IMG/VR virus record: IMGVR_UViG_3300042349_000541
Coordinates: 94,773-158,772 of that record
DNA: 64,000 bases
Strand: one strand, 5' to 3'
DNA from: a virus
Taxonomy: Duplodnaviria; Heunggongvirae; Uroviricota; Caudoviricetes
The notes under the pieces are model-generated. The model searched no databases. It saw only the letters and a list, made by a program, of their open reading frames with translations, and had not been told where the DNA came from. The position numbers and the translations under genes are program-made. Positions 47,981 to 56,616 of this stretch are shown here, in pieces (the stretch's first letter is position 1; every line of letters begins with the position of its first letter).

Positions 47981-48863
47981 TCTTAAATTTCCTGACGAAT
48001 ACTTTTACGGGCCTTACGATTTAACTGAATACAAAAAAAGTGTTGAGTCGGGCCGTCAAGCTGCTAAAAAACTCAATGTTTTATTCTGTGCTGCGTGTAA
48101 AGATGTTGCGGGCACAATAAAAAGAATGCTAGATATTGTAGATTACACGAGCAGTCTATTTAATTCTTACGATATATTTTTGTATGAAAATAATAGCTCT
48201 GACGGGACTCCCGATATTATTAGATGTATGAACAACCCGAGGGTAATATTACAAAGTGAACACATAGAAAACGCAGGATATAAACGTAACGAAGTAACTT
48301 TAAATCAACGGTGTAATTTTATAGCTAACGCCCGCAACAAATACGTTGATTACATTAATGCTAACGCAGGCAAATATGATTATATTTTTGTTTTCGATAC
48401 TGATATTGAGGGTGGCTGGTCTTATAACGGAATATTAGATTCTATTAACATAATGAATAATAAAGCATCCGTTGGAGCAGTAACATCATATTGCGTTTTA
48501 GCATCACACGATTGTAAGAATTTAGAAGAAATTGATTCAAAGCACTGGATGATGTTTGATTCATTTGCTTTTAGAAAATACATGTCAGAAGAAGATTTTC
48601 CCAACGATATGAATATGTACAATTATATTAAATCAAATATAGGTATGCCTCCTTTTTTGGTAGACTCTAATTTTAATGGACTCGCCATATATCGCCCGGA
48701 ATGTTTTCATGATAATAAATATTACGTCACAACATATGGACGAGATGACCATACAGACTCGGAACATGTTGGATTCCATAAAAATATTATCAAAAAAGGA
48801 ATGAGTGTAGTTCTTAATCCCAGTATGGTAACATCAATTTCTAAACATAAATATTATGAATAA
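47952..48863 (+). CDS. putative glycosyltransferase (GT-A-like, DxD)
   Basis: LFCAACKDVAGTIKRMLDIV...YENNSSDGTPDII...FVFDTDIEGG resembles a GT2-like fold with DTD; weak. Confidence 0.35.
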   Translation: MTGLQNTMDNLKFPDEYFYGPYDLTEYKKSVESGRQAAKKLNVLFCAACKDVAGTIKRMLDIVDYTSSLFNSYDIFLYENNSSDGTPDIIRCMNNPRVILQSEHIENAGYKRNEVTLNQRCNFIANARNKYVDYINANAGKYDYIFVFDTDIEGGWSYNGILDSINIMNNKASVGAVTSYCVLASHDCKNLEEIDSKHWMMFDSFAFRKYMSEEDFPNDMNMYNYIKSNIGMPPFLVDSNFNGLAIYRPECFHDNKYYVTTYGRDDHTDSEHVGFHKNIIKKGMSVVLNPSMVTSISKHKYYE

Positions 48864-49293
48864 AATGAAAACACACAAAACAACTTTTACTGTTTATCCT
48901 AGCGACTGCAACTATATGAAAGTGGGCGATGGCAGTCCTATGGTTCACGGCGGTACCATGCTTTTGAAAATGGATCGGGCCGCAGCAGAATTAGCCCGTC
49001 AATATTTATACAACACAGGATGCGACTCTGCTTTAACAGTCGGTGTTGAAGAAGTCAAGTTCTTACACGGAGCAAAGCTTGGGGATTATATTATAATAAC
49101 AGTTACTCCCACCGGATTCGGTAAAAAAAGAATGTCGTTTTTGGTCGAATGTCATGTAGAGGCTTGGGGTGGAGAGAAAAAATTAGTTGCCTCGGGCGTT
49201 TTCAGTTTCTGTTCTTTCAAGAATGGACAATCCCATCCTCACGATATTACTACGAATAATAATTCTAATAAAAATAAAGTATACGACGTATGA
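48856..49293 (+). CDS. hotdog-fold acyl-CoA thioesterase-like protein
   Basis: PMVHGGTMLLKMDRAAAELARQY ... GVEEVKFLHGAKLGDYIIITVTP pattern of 4HBT/YbgC thioesterases. Confidence 0.45.
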   Translation: MNKMKTHKTTFTVYPSDCNYMKVGDGSPMVHGGTMLLKMDRAAAELARQYLYNTGCDSALTVGVEEVKFLHGAKLGDYIIITVTPTGFGKKRMSFLVECHVEAWGGEKKLVASGVFSFCSFKNGQSHPHDITTNNNSNKNKVYDV

Positions 49294-49754
49294 TTATTGC
49301 GGGAACTGGACATAGACCATCTTACTGTCCGTGTCTTTATGATGCGAAGCATCCTTGGCTTATAGAAAGAAAAAATGACTTACGAGAATGCTTAGTTGCA
49401 TACGGACCGTCTCTTGTTATTACGGGCATGGCTATTGGTTGGGATACTTGGTTAGCACAAGAGGCTCTATTTTTAGATATACCTATTGCGTGTTATATTC
49501 CTTTTCCGGGACAACAGAATAAATGGCCGGAAGAATCCCGTAGGGAATACGATCATATTCTTTCGCGGGCTAAAGTAATAAAAAATATTAGTGAATCGTA
49601 CTCTAATAATGCGTTTTTTAAACGTGATGAAGCAATGGTTGATGATTGCACGCTAGTATTTGCTTTATGGAATCAAGAAATACAGTCGGGCGGAACTTAT
49701 CATACCGTTCAATATGCTCTATCTAAAGGCAAGCCTATTACAAATTTTTGGTGA
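49290..49754 (+). CDS. SLOG-family (DUF1273/YpsA- or DprA-like) protein
   Basis: IIAGTGHRP ... VITGMAIGWDTWLAQEAL glycine-rich Rossmann motif. Confidence 0.4.
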   Translation: MIIAGTGHRPSYCPCLYDAKHPWLIERKNDLRECLVAYGPSLVITGMAIGWDTWLAQEALFLDIPIACYIPFPGQQNKWPEESRREYDHILSRAKVIKNISESYSNNAFFKRDEAMVDDCTLVFALWNQEIQSGGTYHTVQYALSKGKPITNFW

Positions 49755-50131
49755 TTATGAGAACTAAATTGATTATGCATCAGTCTACTTGGAATTATCT
49801 TAATACTAATTATGATAAATATAATATAAATGTCCATATAAGCCAAGTAGCTATGAAATTACATGGTCATGAATTAATAATAGATAATTTTTTATGTACC
49901 GAAACAATAGATGAACCTAATGGATATATGTTTCCTAGAGAAAAATTTGTAACTTATGATCCATCCGACAGAGAATGGTGCGAACCACTAGGAATAGGAA
50001 GAATGGGCAGAGGGTTTAGATTAGGAAGTATTTTTTCTATGAATGATTTCGGACTTTTAGATTCTTTTTTTCTTTCCAGTAAAAAAAGATCGACAGTTTT
50101 TAATCCATTTGAAAAAAGGTTTCAAAAATGA
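49748..50131 (+). CDS. hypothetical protein
   Basis: ORF-track ORF. Confidence 0.3.
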   Translation: MVIMRTKLIMHQSTWNYLNTNYDKYNINVHISQVAMKLHGHELIIDNFLCTETIDEPNGYMFPREKFVTYDPSDREWCEPLGIGRMGRGFRLGSIFSMNDFGLLDSFFLSSKKRSTVFNPFEKRFQK

Positions 50132-50249
50132 TTGCTTGCATATGCGGATTCTCGATAGAAATGATAATACTAATGGTTACAATTGCATTCGGGCTTATTA
50201 TGGATAAGCTCGTTTGTTTTTGCAATAAATGCCGTGGAGGAATTAAAAG

Positions 50250-50966
50250 ATGTCGAAAAAACTAATTGTTTCCGGGCATGTACTGACGGGATTATATCCA
50301 TATGATAAAGAACATTCCCGCAGAAATGAATTGTATGCAGACTACAAAGAATATGCCGACTTTTTAGGGGCTGATATAGAAATAAAAAAAGATCATGTTT
50401 ATAATCCTTTAGATTATCTATGGGAGCACGGGACTTGGCTAAAGCTTGATGCAGTAATAAGATTTGCGACTAATGATCGGTACGATAAAATGCTGTGGAT
50501 AGATTCCGACGTAGTAATAAACAGGGGGCTAGCATATAAAGTAGACCCGCTGGAATTATATGCCAATAATCCCGAACAGCCCGAGATAGCTATAGTCTAT
50601 GACAATTTTTTACCTCTACACTATCATACCTTTGATGAATTCAGTAAGAAAAAGTATGACTTTTACGAGTTTATGTTTGGTGACGAAGTAAAGCTTTATC
50701 ACAAAATTAACTCGGCGATGTTTGTAATTAATAAAAAAGCCGCAAAAGTAATACACGAAACCATGCTTGATTTACCCATGAGTATTATTTATGGGTATAA
50801 ATCAGTACATGGATATTTTCCGACCGATGAATCTATCATTGAGTTGGCAATGCCGCACTTAAAGCATGAATTTTTCGGCAATATTACTGAAAGCAATACT
50901 GGGGAAGTTAAGGCGTTTACTCATTATTGCGGTATAGACCAAAAACGCACATTATTTTATGAGTAG
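50250..50966 (+). CDS. hypothetical protein
   Basis: GGAGG RBS. Confidence 0.35.
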   Translation: MSKKLIVSGHVLTGLYPYDKEHSRRNELYADYKEYADFLGADIEIKKDHVYNPLDYLWEHGTWLKLDAVIRFATNDRYDKMLWIDSDVVINRGLAYKVDPLELYANNPEQPEIAIVYDNFLPLHYHTFDEFSKKKYDFYEFMFGDEVKLYHKINSAMFVINKKAAKVIHETMLDLPMSIIYGYKSVHGYFPTDESIIELAMPHLKHEFFGNITESNTGEVKAFTHYCGIDQKRTLFYE

Positions 50967-50969
50967 AAA

Positions 50970-51518
50970 ATGACAAAAAAAGATATTTTATGCAGGCTAG
51001 ATGATTCTTATAGTGAAGCAATGCTTGGAACTACCGAAGAAGTTGATTATGAATTTTTCATTCCGCATGAATACGAGTATGTAACACTTGAAGAATTTGA
51101 CAAAGACGACGAAGAAGAAGAAGTAAGTGTAGCTTCCCTTTGGGAGAATATAAGAAAGAAGAAAGAAAGAGAAGGGGAAAAGTACAAGCCCGCTAAACCC
51201 GGAGAAAAAGATAGGCCAGATCCCGAGGCATGGAAAAAAGCACAATCCGCTGAATATCAGGGGCGTAAGGTAACTTTGAATAAACCTTTTAGGACTTCAA
51301 ACGGGCCAAAGAAATTTGCTGTTTATACTAAAAACGAAAGCGGAAACGTTGTTATTGTCCGGTTTGGTGATCCAGAGAGATCTATAAAAAGAGATGACCC
51401 AAAGCGAAGAAAGTCATTTCGGGCCAGACATAAATGCGATACTGATCCCGGCCCAAAATGGAAAAGTAGGTATTGGAGTTGCAGGCAATGGCGTTCAAAT
51501 GCTCCTGTAGAAGCTTAA
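50970..51518 (+). CDS. hypothetical highly charged protein
   Basis: ORF-track ORF. Confidence 0.35.
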   Translation: MTKKDILCRLDDSYSEAMLGTTEEVDYEFFIPHEYEYVTLEEFDKDDEEEEVSVASLWENIRKKKEREGEKYKPAKPGEKDRPDPEAWKKAQSAEYQGRKVTLNKPFRTSNGPKKFAVYTKNESGNVVIVRFGDPERSIKRDDPKRRKSFRARHKCDTDPGPKWKSRYWSCRQWRSNAPVEA

Positions 51519-51544
51519 AACATATTAAGCATTTGTTTTTTGCG

Positions 51545-51578
51545 TATAATCCATTGTGTTTATACAATTCACAATGGA
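51545..51578 (+). promoter_or_regulatory. -10 element TATAAT followed by 9-bp inverted repeat TCCATTGTG-N11-CACAATGGA overlapping the RBS of the HNH gene
   Basis: TATAAT 51545-51550; arms 51550-51558 and 51570-51578; second arm includes GGA of the GGAGA RBS. Confidence 0.35.
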
Positions 51579-51585
51579 GAATAAA

Positions 51586-52143
51586 ATGAAGCAATGCATA
51601 CAATGTAAAAAAGATATTTCTGATAAAAGATGTAAAACTAAATATTGCAGTTTATCATGTTCTACAAAACATAATAGATTAAAAATATTACAATATAATC
51701 TACCTGATAACCATAAAAGATGCGGAAAATGTAATAGTGTAAAAAATTTTTCTGAATTCAGGAAAAATAAAAATTCTGCATTTGGATATTCTTATTTTTG
51801 TAAAGAATGCGATAAATCCAGAGTTTATTCTACAGATAAAAGAAGGATATTACTAAATGCTGCAAAAAAACGCGCTAAAGATAATTGTATTGATTTTGAT
51901 ATAGATATAAATGATATTATTTTACCGGAAAAATGTCCAGTTTTAGGAATTGAGTTAAAATTTAACAGTAATAAGGCAGATTTTAACTCTTATTCAATAG
52001 ACAGGATAGATAACTCTAAAGGTTATGTAAAAGGTAATATACAAATAATTAGCTTTAAAGCGAATACAATTAAAAGTTCTGCGACTCTAGAAGAAATAGA
52101 GCAGGTTTACAATTATATGAAGAACATGAACAGAGAACACTGA
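51586..52143 (+). CDS. HNH homing endonuclease
   Basis: Cys-rich zinc pairs plus SIDRIDNSKGYVKGNIQIIS...N HNH-3 style motif; ATG 51586 after GGAGA RBS (track start 51556 is GTG). Confidence 0.55.
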   Translation: MKQCIQCKKDISDKRCKTKYCSLSCSTKHNRLKILQYNLPDNHKRCGKCNSVKNFSEFRKNKNSAFGYSYFCKECDKSRVYSTDKRRILLNAAKKRAKDNCIDFDIDINDIILPEKCPVLGIELKFNSNKADFNSYSIDRIDNSKGYVKGNIQIISFKANTIKSSATLEEIEQVYNYMKNMNREH

Positions 52144-52161
52144 AAATTTCTCAAAACCCGC

Positions 52162-52204
52162 TTGACAAAACTCTCTCCTGTGCTATAATCAAGGCAGGAG
52201 AGAG
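52162..52204 (+). promoter_or_regulatory. sigma-70 consensus promoter (TTGACA-16-TATAAT, TGc extended) embedded in 10-bp inverted repeat CTCTCTCCTG / CAGGAGAGAG
   Basis: hexamers 52162-52167 and 52184-52189; IR arms 52171-52180 and 52195-52204 bracket the -10 and include the RBS. Confidence 0.55.
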
Positions 52205-52206
52205 AA

Positions 52207-52605
52207 ATGAAAAAGACAATTGTAGACGATAATTTTGAGATTACGCTGTGCGTTACTTCTAAATCTGCCGATTATAACGCCGAGGCATTACTTGATAATA
52301 TTACGAGTGCTGTCGGCACTTGCATTTATGATTACGTGAATGAGGCAACGGCTAAAAAGCTTGCAGAGTTTATAAAATCCATAACAACTAATAAAGTTGT
52401 TCTTAGCGATACTCCTTATAGTGTTGCTATTTATACAAATAACGGATTTTTTTATGTTAGAATGGTTTCATTGTTACGTTATAAATTGACTGATCCCAAT
52501 GGAAAGGTTAAATTTTACCGCAAGCAAGAATTTATCGAAAACTTGAATAATCTACTACTGAAAGGAAAAATTGAAGATGAAACGGAAAATCAAAGTAACG
52601 ATTGA
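52207..52605 (+). CDS. hypothetical protein
   Basis: downstream of consensus promoter. Confidence 0.35.
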   Translation: MKKTIVDDNFEITLCVTSKSADYNAEALLDNITSAVGTCIYDYVNEATAKKLAEFIKSITTNKVVLSDTPYSVAIYTNNGFFYVRMVSLLRYKLTDPNGKVKFYRKQEFIENLNNLLLKGKIEDETENQSND

Positions 52606-53008
52606 CAGGTCTAAGTGGCGAACTGGATTAAATTCCACTAACCGAACAGGGGAGGGCAGAACGGCACTCTTGAATAAAGAAGGCTATATGTGCTGCTTGG
52701 GATTTTGCATGGCTGCATCAAAAGTGGCGAAGAAAAATTTGTTGGATATAAGTGCTCCCAGTGGCTGTCTTAACCAACATGCCATCGACCCAAATAAAGC
52801 AATGCGGTCAAGTGGCGTTCGGGCTTTAACAAAAGAGTCGCTGACTACATGTTTAAGTAATTCGGAACTTGCTTTTGATGCTATGAAAATAAATGATTCG
52901 GTGAAAAGCACCCCTAAAGAAAAAGAAAAAGCCATATTGGAACTATTTAAAGATTCTGTTTTTGATTTAGAATTTACGGGAGAATATACAAAGGAAAAAA
53001 ATGAGTAA
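52571..53008 (+). CDS. hypothetical protein
   Basis: ORF-track ORF. Confidence 0.3.
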   Translation: MKMKRKIKVTIDRSKWRTGLNSTNRTGEGRTALLNKEGYMCCLGFCMAASKVAKKNLLDISAPSGCLNQHAIDPNKAMRSSGVRALTKESLTTCLSNSELAFDAMKINDSVKSTPKEKEKAILELFKDSVFDLEFTGEYTKEKNE

Positions 53009-53645
53009 TTTTAAAGTTGGTGATACTATTTGGGTACGGGCTACAGCCGGAAGAACCGCAGGAGATAGGATTCAGATTTGGTTCAGCGGTCATGTGGCAT
53101 TGTTCATTCCAGCAAGCGAGTGCCTACCTGCCGAACCGCCAGCCGTTCCGGATCTTTCGACTATGGGTGTTGAGGTTGTTTCGGATCTAAGCGGTCATCG
53201 CGTTAAGCGACCCCTCGAACTCGTAGAGTGGCGAACGCCAACCTTAGAAGATCTTAAGAATGGGCCGATAAAATGCCAATATCGCGATAGCACCGCCCAC
53301 GACTGGCATTTTGGCACTTTGGTTTATGTATTAGAAAGTGATGCACCCTATCTAGTTATTGATAGGAGTAATGCATATTCTCAGTGGTATCAATGCAGAA
53401 TAAGTGAATCTACTACTTCTTGTAGTACCCCAACGGGTTCGGAAATGAATGCAAAAACTAAACAGTGCATTATAGATTATTGTATGGACAAAATAAACGC
53501 AAGAGCAGAAATAGGTTATAGCGACTGGTGGACAAGAGAATCACATATTGTTAACTCTAAACATATTGTTGCGGTCCTTGAACACTTTAAAGATAAAGGC
53601 TATGAGACCGAACTGGCTAGTGACGACGTAACTATAAGTTGGTAA
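53001..53645 (+). CDS. hypothetical protein (GC-rich island, about 50% GC)
   Basis: codon usage and GC clearly differ from neighbours. Confidence 0.35.
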   Translation: MSNFKVGDTIWVRATAGRTAGDRIQIWFSGHVALFIPASECLPAEPPAVPDLSTMGVEVVSDLSGHRVKRPLELVEWRTPTLEDLKNGPIKCQYRDSTAHDWHFGTLVYVLESDAPYLVIDRSNAYSQWYQCRISESTTSCSTPTGSEMNAKTKQCIIDYCMDKINARAEIGYSDWWTRESHIVNSKHIVAVLEHFKDKGYETELASDDVTISW

Positions 53646-53670
53646 TTTTGCAAAATTAATTCCGAACTTG

Positions 53671-53698
53671 CTTGACAGATCGATTTTTTTTGATATAA
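53671..53698 (+). promoter_or_regulatory. sigma-70 consensus promoter (TTGACA-16-TATAAT, TGa extended) for nadV, about 110-nt leader
   Basis: hexamers 53671-53676 and 53693-53698. Confidence 0.55.
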
Positions 53699-53813
53699 TG
53701 AAACTCAACAATTTCGACAGTGTTTTTTTGTTCTATAGTCAACATAGCGTAATGACTCCCTTTGTATGAAAATTTGTGTTACCGCTATATTACACACACT
53801 TTTTGAGGAAAAG

Positions 53814-54647
53814 ATGAAAATTTTACCAATTTTGATGTCCGACAGCTATAAACAATTCCACTACAAAATGTACCCCAAGGGCATGATTAAGCTCTACAGC
53901 AACATGACACCTAGAAGTTTTAAGCGTTTAGGTTGTGATAAAGCTGTATGGTTTGGTTTGCAATATTACATTCAAGAATATCTTGTCAGGCAATGGAGAA
54001 CTAATTTCTTCGATAGGCCGCTGGAAGAAGTTTTGACCGAGTACAAGCGTTTTCATAAGCACTTTAGTTTTATTGATATAGACACTGAACACATGGAAAA
54101 GCTGTATAAGCTTCAATATCTACCAATAGAAATTAAGGCATTGCCCGAGGGCACTCTTGTTCCCGAGAAAGTTCCTTTTTTTACTATTACAAATACTCAC
54201 CCGGACTTTGCTTGGCTTGTCAACTTTCTAGAAACTCAAATGTCAACGGTTATTTGGGATATGACAACAGTAGCAACTATTGCCCATATGTACCGCAAGC
54301 TACTAAATAAGTGGGCCGAAAAAACCGGCGATCCATCTTTCGTGCAATGGCAAGGACACGATTTTGCTATGCGTGGCCGAAGCAGTATGGAGTCTACACT
54401 TAATCAGGCTGGACACTTACTATCGTTTACGGGCACTGATACTATTCCTGCGGTATTAATGCTGGAGGAATATTACGATGCAAACATCGAAGAAGAATTA
54501 GTTGGTTCTAGCGTACCGGCTTCGGAGCATTCAATTATGTGTGCTAATGCTGATTATTACGAAGAAGAAATAGAAGTAGAATACTCTGTAGAAGTAATTT
54601 ATAATGATTCTGGAGAAAAAATTTCAGAAAAAGAAATATTTATGTAA
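53814..54647 (+). CDS. nadV: nicotinamide phosphoribosyltransferase (Nampt/NadV), N-terminal part (5' exon; ORF runs into insertion before stop)
   Basis: MKILPILMSDSYKQFHYKMYP Nampt N-terminus, VPASEHSIMCA motif; homology ends around ..ADYYEEE (about 54577); remaining 23 codons likely intron-derived. Confidence 0.6.
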   Translation: MKILPILMSDSYKQFHYKMYPKGMIKLYSNMTPRSFKRLGCDKAVWFGLQYYIQEYLVRQWRTNFFDRPLEEVLTEYKRFHKHFSFIDIDTEHMEKLYKLQYLPIEIKALPEGTLVPEKVPFFTITNTHPDFAWLVNFLETQMSTVIWDMTTVATIAHMYRKLLNKWAEKTGDPSFVQWQGHDFAMRGRSSMESTLNQAGHLLSFTGTDTIPAVLMLEEYYDANIEEELVGSSVPASEHSIMCANADYYEEEIEVEYSVEVIYNDSGEKISEKEIFM

Positions 54648-55493
54648 CATTATGTTTTGATTTCTGGTGTATTATAAATTTAAGGAAAAACTAATGAAAA
54701 AATACACCGAACAAGAAATGCAGATTTTAAAAGATCAATATCATCAGAGTAGCAAAGATGAGTTATTAACATTGTTAAATCCTCATAGCTGGTCATCAAT
54801 AAAAGATAAAGCTAAAAAACTTGGATTATGTAGAAAAAAACTTAGAAATTCAAAAATTTCTTTACTATTACCAAATACACTATTTAATTGTTATTGGTGG
54901 GGCTTCATTTTATCAGATGGTCATATTTCAGATAGAGGAGAGTTAGTTATTCAACTGCATGAACAAGATAAAAAACATTTATTAAAAATATCTAATTATA
55001 TAGACAAAGATATACAATATCTGCGAAGCAAAAATATGGTTAGACTAACTAATATGGATATTATTAACTCTGAAAAGTTAAAGCATAAACTAGGAATTAA
55101 GAAAAAAAAGACATACAATCCACCAGATAATTTTGATTTTCTTCAAAATAAAGAAGAAAGAATTGCTTTTTTAATTGGATTTATAGATGGAGACGGCTCT
55201 ATTTCTTATAGAAAAGGATCATTCCAATCTATAAGAATAATAGTTCACGAAAACTGGTTTAATGTATTAAATAATTTTTGTAATAAATTAGTAGATGATT
55301 TTTCAATATTAAAATTTACAGTTTCTTACAATAAAAGAAAAAATACACAAGTTTGTTTACATGGAATAAATAGATATAAATTTTTAAAAGATTTTATTAT
55401 TAGTAATAAAATACCATCACTAGAAAGAAAGTGGAAAATATGAAAACAGTTATTGAAAAAAGAAAAAGAAAAGTCAAAATTGTAAAAACTAAC
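54578..55493 (+). mobile_element. putative group I intron (approximate boundaries) carrying a LAGLIDADG homing endonuclease, splitting nadV
   Basis: Nampt homology is interrupted for about 0.9 kb containing a free-standing LAGLIDADG ORF; both Nampt halves are in the same frame. Confidence 0.45.
54694..55443 (+). CDS. LAGLIDADG homing endonuclease (intron-encoded)
   Basis: two LAGLIDADG motifs WWGFILSDGHI and LIGFIDGDGSI; AAGGA RBS before ATG 54694. Confidence 0.65.
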   Translation: MKKYTEQEMQILKDQYHQSSKDELLTLLNPHSWSSIKDKAKKLGLCRKKLRNSKISLLLPNTLFNCYWWGFILSDGHISDRGELVIQLHEQDKKHLLKISNYIDKDIQYLRSKNMVRLTNMDIINSEKLKHKLGIKKKKTYNPPDNFDFLQNKEERIAFLIGFIDGDGSISYRKGSFQSIRIIVHENWFNVLNNFCNKLVDDFSILKFTVSYNKRKNTQVCLHGINRYKFLKDFIISNKIPSLERKWKI

Positions 55494-56252
55494 GAATTAG
55501 CTTCTTATACTAGACTATTAGAACAATTCCCTGATGGTATACTATCATTAGTTAGTGATACTTTTGATCTTTTTAAGATTTGTACGGAAATATTGCCGCA
55601 GCTTAAAGATAAAATCATGGCTCGCAATGGCAAGCTGGTGATTAGACCTGACAGCGGAGACCCTGTAGATATCCTTTGTGGTAAAGAGTGGTCGTCTTTA
55701 GGTTATAATGGGTACAGAGACAGTGTTAAACCAAATGATAACGAAGCCAAGGGTGTTGTGGAACTTCTTTGGGGCGTATTCGGCGGAACTGTAAACGAAA
55801 AAGGTTATAAGGTGCTAGACCCTCACATTGGAGTTATCTACGGCGACAGCATTACTCTTGATAGGGCCGAGCGAATTTGTGCAAGACTTGAAGCTAAAGG
55901 CTTTGCTAGCACTAATGTAGTATTTGGAATCGGTAGTTACACATATAACTATAATACTAGAGATACATTAGGTATCGCAGTTAAGAGTACATACTGCGAA
56001 GTTATGGAAAATGAAGTTCTTGAAAAGCGTGAGATTTTTAAAGATCCCATAACTGACGATGGAACCAAGAAATCTGCTCGCGGGCTATTATGCGTCAAGA
56101 GAGACGAAAAGGGCAAGCTTTACCTAAAGGATAGACGTACCGAGGAAGAAGAACGCGACGAATCGTTACTTACTACAGTTTTCTGCAATGGAAATTACAT
56201 AGTAGAATCATTTGCCGCTATTAAACAAAGGTTAGAAAATGAAAAAGCCTAA
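55431..56252 (+). CDS. nadV: nicotinamide phosphoribosyltransferase, C-terminal part (3' exon; first 21 codons of the ORF are probably intron sequence)
   Basis: LLEQFPDGILSLVSDTFD, VIRPDSGDPVD and GVIYGDSIT Nampt motifs; homology resumes near 55494. Confidence 0.6.
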   Translation: MENMKTVIEKRKRKVKIVKTNELASYTRLLEQFPDGILSLVSDTFDLFKICTEILPQLKDKIMARNGKLVIRPDSGDPVDILCGKEWSSLGYNGYRDSVKPNDNEAKGVVELLWGVFGGTVNEKGYKVLDPHIGVIYGDSITLDRAERICARLEAKGFASTNVVFGIGSYTYNYNTRDTLGIAVKSTYCEVMENEVLEKREIFKDPITDDGTKKSARGLLCVKRDEKGKLYLKDRRTEEEERDESLLTTVFCNGNYIVESFAAIKQRLENEKA

Positions 56253-56607
56253 GTCGTACATATTTTTTCAAGATTCAACGCTCGTTATGCGGGAAATACA
56301 GTGTAACGGAGAAGCTTCTGAGGATATAAAGTTATTTCTCGCGGGCATGTGTGTTGCAATTCGAAATATATTACAAATTAAAGATGTATTTTTTGTTAAC
56401 TTATACTGCGATCAGTGCGATGGCCCTAGCTTAAATTTAGTTTTTGGCTCTAATTATTATACAATTCATGTATTTTTATACAAAAAAGATTTTTCTGAAT
56501 ATTATAAAAACTTAATGACATTTTTGATATCAGTATTTGAACAGCACTCAGAGCCTACTGAGGAACAAAAACTACAACTAAACAATTTATACAATTCAAA
56601 TTACTAA
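56239..56607 (+). CDS. hypothetical protein
   Basis: ORF-track ORF. Confidence 0.3.
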   Translation: MKKPKSYIFFQDSTLVMREIQCNGEASEDIKLFLAGMCVAIRNILQIKDVFFVNLYCDQCDGPSLNLVFGSNYYTIHVFLYKKDFSEYYKNLMTFLISVFEQHSEPTEEQKLQLNNLYNSNY

Positions 56608-56616
56608 GGAAATAAA

